From the NCBI GenBank assembly GCA_012295275.1, contig CM022665.1, positions 4,030,001-4,094,000 of the forward strand: a stretch of 64,000 bases of DNA, read 5' to 3'. The translations under genes were made by a program, and so were the position numbers. This DNA comes from Chrysomallon squamiferum (taxonomy: Eukaryota; Animalia; Mollusca). Of this stretch, positions 15,712 to 27,775 are shown piece by piece. Within the stretch, counting starts at the first letter, position 1. Every line of letters begins with the position of its first letter. The notes under the pieces are model-generated. The model was given only the letters and a program-made list of their open reading frames with translations. It was not told the DNA's origin and did no database searches.

Positions 15712-16961
15712 GACATTTCTGTTACGTTTTTAGGACAAAAAGAAAGTATTAAAAATTATAATAATAAATGAAATGAAATATTCAGTATATGCAAAAAAAT
15801 AAATAAAAGTGCAATTTATTAAAAAGAGAAGTGTAATCTGATATTATCCATTCGCATGAAATTCTGTCTTTATAATTATTGTTTTATTTTTATTTATTGA
15901 CTCTTCATTAAATTTAATTTTGAATAAACGTGACCGCGTCATTTCGTTTTAGTAGATAACGACATTTTGTTATTTTTTCTCACCATCTCACTATTTTGCC
16001 GCCCATCACTTTGCTTCATCATCGTTTTCACTCTCCTACGCTTTTTTCTTCTAGCCACTGATTTTTTTTTTTTTTTTTTGATTTTTAACTTACTTTTTCC
16101 CTTTTTGCTGTCTTTCAGTTTTTGAAACACTGGACGTCCAACCATCCCGTTACTTCGCTGCATCAACGACTCGTGGTAATCGCTGCGTTGTGTTAATGGT
16201 CTGTTTATTGACAGTTTCCAGTGCTTTGTTCCCTTCTAATTTCTGCTGTAAAAGCTCATCTCGACTGACTTCTTTTTTCTTTCTTTCTTTTTTTTTTTTT
16301 TTTTTTTTTTTTTTGCTACGGGGAATGATTCTTGTTGATGCCTGAGAGAGTTTTGTTATTGTTGTCGTTTCGACAAAGTGTAACGGATTCTTGTCATGCA
16401 ATCTTCAGAAGGAGAGTGAATTTTTTTTTTTTTTTTTTTTGCTTTGTCGATGCTGTTTTACAGTTATCTTTGATATTAAATGTTGTTAGAAAGTGATTTC
16501 GTTCATTCATTAATAAGAACAGAAAAAGAAAGAGATAGTTAGAGAAGGACAAATGAATGAAAATCATGTAGAAAGAAAGAAAGAAAAAAACAACAACACA
16601 AAATAAGGAAAGAAATGTTTAAAAGAATACAAGAAACACAGAAACACTTTAACAACAATTAAAAAAAAAACAAATAGTATATATATGTACCTATTTTAAC
16701 TACTTGTATAACTAGATATATATATATGTATGTATGTATGTATGTATGCATGTATGTTTATATGTATGTATGTATGTATGTTTCTTTGTACGTATGTATG
16801 TATGTATGTGTCTATATATATGTGTGTGTGATGTGTGTGTGTGTGTGTATGGGTGGATGTGAGTGTGTGTGTCATTTAACGGATAGCCTATTTATTTTGA
16901 ATAAACAACACATTCATTGAAATGCAAGAATCTTGTTATTCGACTTCGTGTATTTTCCGGG

Positions 16962-16994
<33 letters not shown>

Positions 16995-17279
16995 CATTAT
17001 CTTTAAAATAAAATAAAAAGTAGCTTTAGACTGTTAAGTGGATGTCGTGTCGAGCATGATAGCTTAACTGATTATGTGTAAAAAGCTCATTAAAAATCAG
17101 TTTTAATTTCACTTCGTGACGATATCGCGTCGGTGCAAGATGTCAGCGACAAAACCGACATACATATTTAACAAGTTCTGAAGCCTGTTAAGTCCCAGTT
17201 ATCAAATTGTATTCAACGTCTTGGCACCGTGTGCTGTTTTTTTCTGAATTAATGTAAAATAAAATATAAAGTGTAAACA

Positions 17280-17357
<78 letters not shown>

Positions 17358-18581
17358 AACAATAGGGGATGATGATGTCAATAGGAGGAAGGGGGAAAAA
17401 AAAGAATTAAAAGGGAGGAAGCCGAAATGAACGTACTAAAGACATTCAGACTGACGGACAGAAATAAGAGTCTGTGATGAGACAGAGAAGGAAATAAAGA
17501 AAGGAAGACTGAAAAACATATACGTTCAGAAAATCTCAAATAAAACTTTAGGAGATTTTTTATTTTTTTTTTTTCTAGGGTTTCGATTATAGTTATTTTC
17601 ACAGAAACTGTCTACGGCTTTGTTGTAACATTACTGTGCCTTTAAATAGTATATTATTCTCTGAAAACGAAAACACCGTGACTGGACATAGCATTTAGTT
17701 CTGACCAAGCACAAGCACAAGCACAGACGTAAACACACATAACTGTGCTGAAACAGGCTAATAAGAAACACACCGACACATACACATACATGTATACAAG
17801 CATGCATACATACATACATACACACATATACACATAAACATACACATACACATAATCATACACATCCACATTCATGCATACAATAATGCATACAAACATT
17901 TATTTACAGAAACATACACAGACATACCTACATACATATACAAACACACACACACACACACACACACATAAAAGAACATATTAGTACAGGTGTATATATA
18001 GATATACACTCACATTCTAAATTAAGCTAAGCACAATCAGTTTATAGGATTAGTCTAACTTTAAATTAACCCATTACAATTTTCTAGGCAGAAGATAACT
18101 GGAGTGGTTCGTTTCCCGAGTTCTGAAAGTTGAATTTGCAGATACTGATCGTCATAATTGGACGTTAGTGAGAGACTCGAGTAAGGTTCACTTATCTAAG
18201 TGAACTTGAAGATGAGTCTCGTCTGCGCCAGTTGATTGGTGAAGTCTGCAATACCAACCGCAGCGCCCTCTATCTGACCTTCGTCAAATGAACGAAAGGT
18301 AATTAGTGTAAGATACACACAGACTGAGTATTTTTGGATCGACACTGAAACATGGATGTTTAATGTAGCAGAGAGTATAGTGATTAAAATGAACAGCTGT
18401 CAAAAGTGAATAAAAGAAGAAAAAAGTCTTATATTATGATTACAGAGATATCGTTACTATAATTCTTTTTTTTTTCCCCATAAAAGTAAATATTTTGATA
18501 TTTATGCATATTAAATGGATATAAGTGTATGTTTATACGCGCTTCTAACTAAATATGTAACTGCATGTTATTATATATACC

Positions 18582-18619
<38 letters not shown>

Positions 18620-19604
18620 TGTGTGTGTGTATGTGTGTGTATGTGTGTGTGTGTATTTGTGTGTGTGTTTGTGTGTTTTTTTATTAAATTCTGCTTAAAC
18701 TGGAAAGTTATTGCTACACAGACGTTTCACTACATCCATCTACCTATTTTTTTATTCATGTATAATACATACATACATACATACATACATACATGCATGC
18801 ATGCATGCATACATACATATATATATATACAGATCTGATAACTAATAATAGTTACTTATAAAATGTGTTGTCGTTAAACAAAAATTACTTTATTTCTTCA
18901 TAGCGATATCATGTAAGACTTGTTAACCTTGTGTTATATTTTATTGTTGCTTCTGTTTCGTTAACATTTTTCCTTTCACTTTACTATTAAAAATAATATT
19001 TAGAAAAATTTAAATAAAACACTACAAAAGGAACTTTTATAATTTTATTTCTTTCAAGGAAATAATCTACATACAAAATTTGTGTTTGTTGTAATGATAT
19101 TACATAAAGTTGTTGTTGTTGTTTTGTTTTTGTTGTTAGTAATAGTCATGCCAGCTTAGTCTTTTGTGATGTTTTCCACCACCGGATGTTTCTCTGTTAG
19201 ACCTTCAACAACTCAGTTTTATGTGTCATTTTGCAACATCAATAATGTTTCTTCGGTTTAATTAATTTAATTTACACAGATAACAAATTTTTGCAATAAC
19301 TTTTATGCTGTAACTCAGCCATTCAGTTTCATAAGAAACAATTTATTTTAAGATGCTTCAATATATTAACATTTATACAATACTGTTCCAAACAATAACA
19401 ATAATGCTAATATTTCGAATTAACTAAGGGTTGATTATGTCGTACATATAAATATAATACGCAAAAATGTACCAGACATTTTAACGAGAAGTGATAAAAT
19501 ATTATGCACATATGTAAATATATTATACACATTTTACGATAGTGTCTGACAGTTATATAATACATTACTTATTGCGTAAATTATATTTACAGTGTTTATT
19601 ATTT

Positions 19605-21821
19605 TCATCCAAAGAAGGAAATTCGTCCTTTCCCTGCAGTACAAACTCGTCTGCCACATCTGGAGATGCAGCATTTGCCCTGATAACAATCAATATCAGA
19701 CTGACACATATCGGGATGACAGGTTTTAATACTCATCATGGAAGGACACACTCCTCTGTCAACAGACTGCAGCCCGGGCAAACCCAGAGCTGTTCCCGGA
19801 GCCAGATCAGAAAATGGAAGTCTGATTGCTTGTTTCTTACTCACCGAAACTATGGGATTGATAGGGATTCCGTGACGGACGTCCCTGAACATGGCGTTGA
19901 TGTTGTCGTATCTACGACGACGAGGGCGTGTGCAAGATTTCGTGCCACATCTTGTTCTGCAGCAGAAGGAACCAAAAGGACAGTCTCTGTCTTGTACACA
20001 GTTCTGTCGTCTGCAAGTCACCTGATTTGCTTGCAGGGCAAAACCTGTGTGATGCTGCTGGAGAAACGGGAGCAGTTCTGGAAGGGCCTGTAATTTAAAT
20101 AATAATGATGATGATAATAATAAATGTTAATAAATTAATATAATTATGAATTAAGCGTTATCACTGAATAATAATGACATTACGATATAATAACTTCCAT
20201 AAATAATCGAACATTTTTGTCTGTTGAGGGTACTGTGGGGTGTTTAATATTTGCTTATTTGTTTTTTGTTTTTGTTTTTTTGTGGTGGTTGTTGTTTTTT
20301 CTTTATTTCTTTATTTCTTTTTTTTTTTTTTTTTTGGGGGATGGGGGTTGTTGTTGTTTGTATTTGTATTATTATTTTTTTTCCTCAGTAACAAACATAC
20401 ATTACCCTTACTTTCATTCTAACATCGAACTTTTGCATTTGTTTCTCGATTGCATAAGATCAAGGAAAAACAAACGAGGTGAAATTCGTAATGGTTATAT
20501 AACTCCAAAAAATAACAGTATCAATCTTCTATTATAAATTTTACAATTTCACTTGAACATAATACACTGTCCACGATGTGGTTGACAAGCAAGCTTTTAC
20601 AGTTTACCTGACTGGAGCATGCTAAACAACAACAACGACGAAAATAATAATAAAAAAGAATAAATAAAAAATAAAAAATAATAACACAGATTCATCCTAC
20701 CTGCGTCAGCTCTGCATCCCAAAGGAGTATAGCAACATCTTGATTCTCTGTCATACAACACGCACTTGGAATGAGCTGGACATCCTACTCCAGGATAAAA
20801 ACAGTTCGTGTATTCCCGTTTTGACGTCATCAAGATCGGTTTATTATACCGACAAGGGTTGAAAGAATCCACTCTTGAAGATGATCCTGAAATGATGAGA
20901 CGAGTTTTAACTGAAAAAGCAGAATGCTGTTATGAATCAGATCATATTAATGTTGTGTTTGATTTTAAACTGTCTGAATTAGTGAAGATTGTTTAATAAC
21001 GTGACAAACGCACGATTAGAACAATATACGTATTCAGTTGGAACGGGAAATAAGATGATTTTGTCAGTCAGTCAAGATAATAGTAACAACAACAACAACA
21101 ACGAAAACATCAACTACAAATATGACGATGATGATGATGATGATGAGAATTTGAACTGAGATATTTCTCTCAACGGATCAAGGTAACCCAAATTATTTAA
21201 AACTTGTGGACGCTTTTGTTATTGTCTAAAGATAAATCACCTGTTTCTTTAAATTGCAAAAAAAAAAAAAAAAAAATAAAAATAAAAATAAAAAAATAAA
21301 AAAAAAAAAAATAAATAAACATTAAAAAATATAAAAATTTTTAAAAAAGTTACGTTTGACAATGTTACACAAGAAATTTTGTAATCTTAATATAATAAGA
21401 AATTTCTCTATTTGAGTCTCCAAAAAAGAGGGTTTTTTTAACAGATTCTAAAAGTAGTTTAATTCACACTTTTGAAAATGAAAGTCACACTTACGGACAC
21501 ACTGAGCAATAGGTGAACACGGCGGAACGTAACAGGGAACTTGTATCAAACGACACTGACTTCCTCGTTTCTCACACGTCCGTTCTAGAGTCTGTGAGGA
21601 AACAAAATCTTAGAATACAGATTTAGAAATGTCTATATATATACAGATATATGAGTTAAAAGCACACACAATTAACTAGACACGTGTGATTGTATTCATA
21701 TATACACACACTCAGCGATATGTACACACTTGCATATATATATATGTACATACAAACACACACACAGATATATATACGTACATACAAACACACACACAGA
21801 TATATATACGTATACATACAA

Positions 21822-21856
<35 letters not shown>

Positions 21857-22570
21857 CTTCATACATACATATAAACACATACATTCATATTTTCAAATCT
21901 ACGCAAACAAAAATAAAAATCTTTCAAAAATATGAACTTCATTGATCTATTTCAGGTTTATCATTAAAGACAGGAATTTAATATTTTGCGTGACCATATA
22001 CGTTCATCCCTTTGTTCATTCATTCGTTCATTCATTCATTCATTCATTCATCCATTCATTCATCCCTCCACAAGTCTGCCGTCCATACATCCAGCCATTC
22101 ATTAGTTAATTAATTAAAACAATTACACACATGATGCTTACCTTACACGGATCTTCACACTGTTTTCTTTCCGGGGAAGGTATGGCCCGGTTCAGAAAGA
22201 ACGGTCGGAAAGGAAACCCGAATCCTCTTTCTCCGATTCCAAAACGGAAACCTCTGAACGGTCGCAATACATCGATGCTGTCAACTCGCAGAACAAGGAC
22301 ACTCTGGAATACAACAGCGTATAAATTTTGTACCAGAGCTGTTTTCTAAAAACTCTAGGCAGGAAAGGTGAAAAAAAAACAGTGAACATGTAATAAAAGG
22401 TTTTAAATACATTCGTGCTTGAATCACTGAATTGGATGCATCCATGTAAATCTTGAATTTAGAACGTAAACTGATTTTGGTGATGGTTTGCTGAAGGTTT
22501 ATTTGAGTATAAAAAGTAACAGCGTGTATATGTATATGAATCCCATTTATTTTGTTTGGTTTTGGGTTTG

Positions 22571-22601
<31 letters not shown>

Positions 22602-22620
22602 GTTTGTTTTTTGATGTTGT

Positions 22621-22655
<35 letters not shown>

Positions 22656-22994
22656 CTTTAACTTCTAACCAATAAATATAATTTAATTTTGTTATTCATT
22701 GATTTATTGTTATTGTTGTTGTTATTTATAGTATTTTAAGTATTTTAAATGATATTATAATCCTGTTAACAAATTATTGTAATAACCAAAACCAAAGTTG
22801 TTTTCAACTTGTATTTACCACGTCTCTTCACTTATTTATTTAACACATATATTGTTTTTAAATGTATTCTTTCGACTATTTATGAACCAAATGTTGTTGT
22901 TTGTTTGTTGTTGTTTTTTTCTCGGGAACACAGAAGGAGATTCTATTCAAGACAATGTTACTGTTAATTCTTTAGATGATTAATAAAAAAAAAA

Positions 22995-23079
<85 letters not shown>

Positions 23080-24524
23080 TATTAAATGATTAGTAAAAAA
23101 GTTATAGTTTTAAATTTTTAATAAATAATTTTAATTGTCGTATAACCAGCCCAGCTGTACGTGGTGGGTTCGATCCTATGACATACCGATTTAAAGCGGA
23201 TGTGTTATCTGTGTTAAAACTAGTTTTGATTTACAAATAGATCTACAGGAAGCAATGATTTTATTCTCGTATAGTGCAAGTAAATACTGCAACGGGCAAT
23301 ATTTGATCTCAGAGAACAATAAATAAGTAGTTTCACTGTCGCTGCATAATGGTTCACAAGGAATGTAACGATATTACTATGTCTGAATAAACAAAGAAAT
23401 TAACAGATAAATTAATAAATAACGCTTGCTTGTGACAAGCTAAATAATCAAATACTTAAAAGATTATTTATTGATGTTTCTTAGGATTGAAATGTATCAA
23501 ATAACGTGCCTTTCATACGTGTAAAATTTGTAAATAATTATAATAGCCATTTAGGCCTCTATGCTGTTTTTTAGATGGTTATTTTGTAGTATGTTCCAGT
23601 TATTTACTCTACAAATAAATAATATATTTTTGGGTTACTTTAATTTCAGTAGATAATAACATTATTAGCCTGGTGTTAATTTTGTTACATTATTGGTATG
23701 AAAGAAAGGAATGCGTTGAAACAAAACACAACGTAATAATCAGTTTATCACAGTAAATATCTCAGAGCACAGACTTAGTTACCATCACGACATAAAGAGA
23801 GAGAGAGAGAGAGAGAGAACAAAAGAAATCAAAACAAAAACAAATTAGTATCAGAAGAGCTTTATGTTTAATTTATATGTGAATTTAGGTTGATTCCAGT
23901 ATTAACATCACACTGAATGTTTTTAATGACTTTTTGTATCTTTTACATCACACGTTAATTTTTTTTTTCTTTTTTTTTTTTCTTTTTTTTTTTCTTTTTT
24001 TTTCTGGTACCAGTAGTCTTATATACTCTAATAACTGGCCACGACTTCCCATTGAAATCAGTCAGGTATATAGCTGAAAACAAGGCCTATGACGATAAAT
24101 ATTATGTTTTTGAGGGACCATGGATGATAAAATGTTCCCTTCGATCAGAAAACGGTATAAAATATTAACTTGAAAATATTATTGACAAAGGCTCTCTTCA
24201 AGTTTATTTAAAATTTTAAGATCGTATATAAAATATCCTACCATCGGAAACATAATAACATAAATAATAAGAAAAATTATATAACAAAAGTGTGCATTCC
24301 CAAACATTTTATTAAATAAATTGAAAATATTTTAGAAAAGAAAATGGAAATTTAAAAATTTTGAAAAGAAAAAAAAAAAAAAAAAGAAGAAGAAGAAGAA
24401 AAGAAAAAGAAAGAAAGAAAAAGTTATGCTAAAGAAAGTACTTACAAAAGTTTCATTAAAATACCTAACCATTAACAAACATATGAGAACGTACCATATA
24501 AAGAAGAACAGAAAACAGTTTCAT
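19605..24524 (-). CDS. Secreted Cys-rich protein: signal peptide, G/F/R/P-rich tract, 6-Cys module, lustrin-type Cys repeat and two WAP (four-disulfide core) domains; about 318 aa if a 1-nt frameshift in exon 5 is corrected
   Basis: Hand-spliced GT-AG exons with matching phases: 24524-24495 (MKLFSVLLYM), 22303-22142 (SVLVLRVDSIDVLRPFRGFRFGIGERGFGFPFRPFF...QCEDPCK), 21591-21495 (TLERTCEKRGSQCRLIQVPCYVPPCSPIAQCV), 20886-20701 (NPCRYNKPIL...NCFYPGVGCPAHSKC...RCC), 20087-19605 (RFCP..TCRRQNCVQDRDCPFGSFCCRTRCGTKSC; GVCP..TCHPDMCQSDIDCYQGKCCISRCGRRVC). WAP cysteine spacing is clear. Exon 1 was chosen because it completes a signal peptide. Confidence 0.8.
22994..23077. repeat. (AAT)n microsatellite
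   Basis: Direct reading. Similar tracts occur at 9912-9966, 10280-10357 and 42978-43062. Confidence 0.95.
23150..23200 (+). mobile_element. Possible tRNA-derived SINE head fragment
   Basis: Pol III B-box GGTTCGATCC at 23167-23176 in a locally GC-richer patch; no A box or cloverleaf resolved. Confidence 0.3.
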
Positions 24525-24712
24525 TATGTCTCGTCTCTGGTGGAATAAATAATTCTTGTTCTCGGAGTAATTTCACTGGGACAACGTTATACAGAGACAT
24601 GAAAAAACAATAAACTTCTGTCTGCTTCAGGTATTGGTCAAATGATAAGGAAACACAGCACATCGTCTGGCCCCTAGCTGTGTTTATGCCATTCAGTCAC
24701 ACTGAGGCAGTC

Positions 24713-24744
24713 ACTGAACTCTTTTGGCAGACGACATTTAAATA
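24713..24744 (-). promoter_or_regulatory. Candidate TATA + Initiator core promoter of the WAP/lustrin-like gene
   Basis: Minus strand TATTTAAA (24744-24737) lies 29 nt upstream of the A of TCAGT (24717-24713), which is canonical TATA-Inr spacing, about 190 nt before the ATG. Confidence 0.4.
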
Positions 24745-25865
24745 CTGCGACTGCGCTGTACAAACGAATGAGACCATCGAAGGAACAACAGTAGCTGTTC
24801 AACGCAGACAAACGCACCCAGTAGCCTTGCATTTCAGCCGAATAATTGGTGTCAAGAGGTGTTGAAAGAGTTATAAATTTATATAAACTACGTTTTATAT
24901 TTTGTATAGGTAGACGAAAGATGCTATATACATTTTAATTGTTTCCTATAAATTGTTTTCCATCAAAACTGGAACTGAATATTAATTATAAAAAAAAATA
25001 AAAAAAAAGTGTTATAGGTCGTAAACTTCATTTCTTTCTTGATATTTTCTTTCTTTATAATTATATATATTTTAAAATATTTATTTATTTATTTATTTTG
25101 TTAGTTATTTTGTTTTTGGCTAAAAATATATTACAAGTTCAGATTTTGATATCCTGCTGCTTCAAATGACGTATTCAGACTATTCCAAGTAGGATAACTC
25201 TTAATTACTTTCCGTTGAGATTGTCGAAAAGAAAGTGGAAGTTTGTTCTGTTTTTTATATTTAAAACATATTATTATCACCAGACTCGGTAATTATAAGG
25301 TACCCAGTTATTTAAAAGACCAATGAAATCAAGTAACTGGTTGTCCGTTCTTGTTTAATACCGAAATTTTATAGAGCTTCTGTAACTCGGCAACCAGTAA
25401 CTGAAGCATAACCAGTTACTATGAGTTAATGAATCATCCAGTGAATGATTACTACGTCACGATTTAGGCTTAATTATCATATTATTTCCGTGCAATCGCA
25501 GTTTTCACATCTTGATTCAGGAGAAGTAATTTTTTATTTTATTTTTTTTATTATTATTATTATTTTTTTTAATGTTATATAATAATATCAGAAAAATGTG
25601 CTGTTCTTGTATTGACAAGTGTAAATTGTTTGATGGATTGATAATTATAACAAAAATGTCATTTGAATTTTTAAAAATTTAAAATTGTTTTAAAGATTTT
25701 TTTTATTATTATCATTATTATTTCAAAAATACATTCAATTTTTTATACATTTAAATTAAATAAAAATGACTGACAATCATACAGATACATTTTTTAATTT
25801 TTATTATTTTCTTATTACTATTTTAATTTTGATTTTTTTTTTTTTTTTTTCCAGGACTATTCATC

Positions 25866-26322
25866 ATGGCAGAGGCAGAGGTATGGTTTCTTTTTATTAT
25901 TTAAAACATTTTTATTCTCAGAAATGTAATATAACATCTAGTTTGGATGTTTTGAATCATTTCTGTTACTTTTACACACAAAGCTGGATTTTGACATAAG
26001 CCGAACAAATTTCATTTTTTGATCTCTGAAGAGACTGTAATAACTTTGGTTCATGTGTGACATAATTCAGATCACTGCTAACACTTACCAAATAGGATTA
26101 TTTCAGTTCATTTACATGATTCTGTACACTGATAAAACTGTCCAAATACCATCATTGCTAATACCCATTCTATAACAATAAACCTCTTATAAGTTTAGAA
26201 TAAAGTCAACTCAAACTATTAAAACTAAAAAGCTCATTTGTTGATAATTTAACCTTCATTTTTAATATAAAAATTATGTACATCAATATCAGTTATTAAT
26301 CAAAAAGTAATCTTACAAATTT

Positions 26323-26417
<95 letters not shown>

Positions 26418-27775
26418 GTATGTCTGTCTATCTAGGTTCAGCTGAATGAAGTCAAAGGTAATTTGTTTAGCTGCCCAGAAAATTGTGCTCTAGCTCACTG
26501 TATTAGTGAAGACATCAGAATGGGCAAAGGCATTGCTGTAATTTTCAAAAATAAATTTGGAGGAGTAAATGAACTTAAAACTCAAGGTTTGTAAAAAAAA
26601 CTAAGAAGAAATGTAGAAAGGGAATAAACTGAACTGAATATTTAGAATGTTCACAAAAACAACAACAACAAAAAAATGTACAAAAATTATTTCAGTAAAG
26701 AAAACCATAATATTTGTGTAATTCTCTGAAAAAAGAAACATGGGGATACATTACAATAAGTTTTGAGTAAATTTTATTTTTTATTTTTTTTATTTTTATT
26801 TATATGCATAAAATTATGAAACATCTGAAAATATTTTTAAATCAATATGTGAATTAATATTTTCCCAATGTTTCATTTATTTTTGTTTTTTTTTTTTATA
26901 ATGTACATTATAAATTATTATAGTAATATTCTGCAAACACATATCTTAGTATGGTGATAACCTAACAGCAGTAAACATTCAGTTTTCAGAATTGAAGCAA
27001 TTAATAATACAGATGTCTTTGTACAATCTTTTCATTTATTTTGTTTGTCAATTTAAAGAATGTTTTCTAGCATTTTATTTGTTTTATTTTTTTATCAATC
27101 TTTGTCAGCACTTTTGCTTTTGCTCAAATCAGTGAAATGAGTGGGAAAAAAAAAAAAAAAATGTACTTTATACATTAAAGTACAAAAGTGAGATTTTTTT
27201 CTTTCCTTTTTTTAAATTTATATATATTCTTTTTATTTTTATTTTTGTTTGTTTCTTTGTTATTGTTTGGGATGTGGGGTTTTTTGGGGTGGGGAGTGTT
27301 ATACATTCTTGATATTGAATGTAAAACATTTTTTTTCCCTAAAACTTGAAATACTTTTACGTAAAAGAGATTTTTAAGGATTTACACAAAGTTTGATGAT
27401 TTATCTAAACACTTTTCTTGCAAAATACGTCTAGTTACGATACCAGTATTTAATACACATGATGTTAAAATGTACTTATCAAAAAAATAAATTCTTGCAG
27501 GAAAACCACCTGGCAAGGTGGCAGTGTTGAAGAGAGGCAAAAGGTTTGTGTACTACCTTATAACAAAGAAGAAATATTCTGACAAGCCAACATACGACAC
27601 ACTGAGATCTAGTCTTATAGCCATGAAGGAACACTGTGTTTCTCACAAAGTTAAGAATCTCTGCATGCCACGTATTGGCTGTGGTCTTGACGGTCTTCAG
27701 TGGCCCAAAGTGGCTGAGATTATTTCCGAGGTTTTCTCAAATACAGACACAACTGTGACAATATATACATTGTGA
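25866..27775 (+). CDS. OARD1: ADP-ribose glycohydrolase OARD1/TARG1 (macrodomain), 146 aa
   Basis: Exons 25866-25880 (MAEAE), 26436-26586 ([39 protein letters not shown]), 27501-27775 ([40 protein letters not shown]). The AHCISED-MG-GIA, YYLITK and MPRIGCGLD motifs match human TARG1 as I recall it. Confidence 0.95.

Noticed and set aside
19542-20093. 183-aa plus-strand ORF, the longest in the track
   Set aside because: It is the antisense shadow of the WAP exon; the minus strand carries the recognisable Cys pattern and splice sites.
23783-23785. ATG|GTAACT as first exon of the WAP gene spliced to an acceptor at 22345
   Set aside because: Possible, but 24524-24495 spliced to 22303 gives a much better signal peptide and acceptor.
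25866-27775. OARD1 as a DarG-like antitoxin of a defence system
   Set aside because: Ordinary intron-containing animal TARG1; no DarT or other ADP-ribosyltransferase partner is visible in the window.
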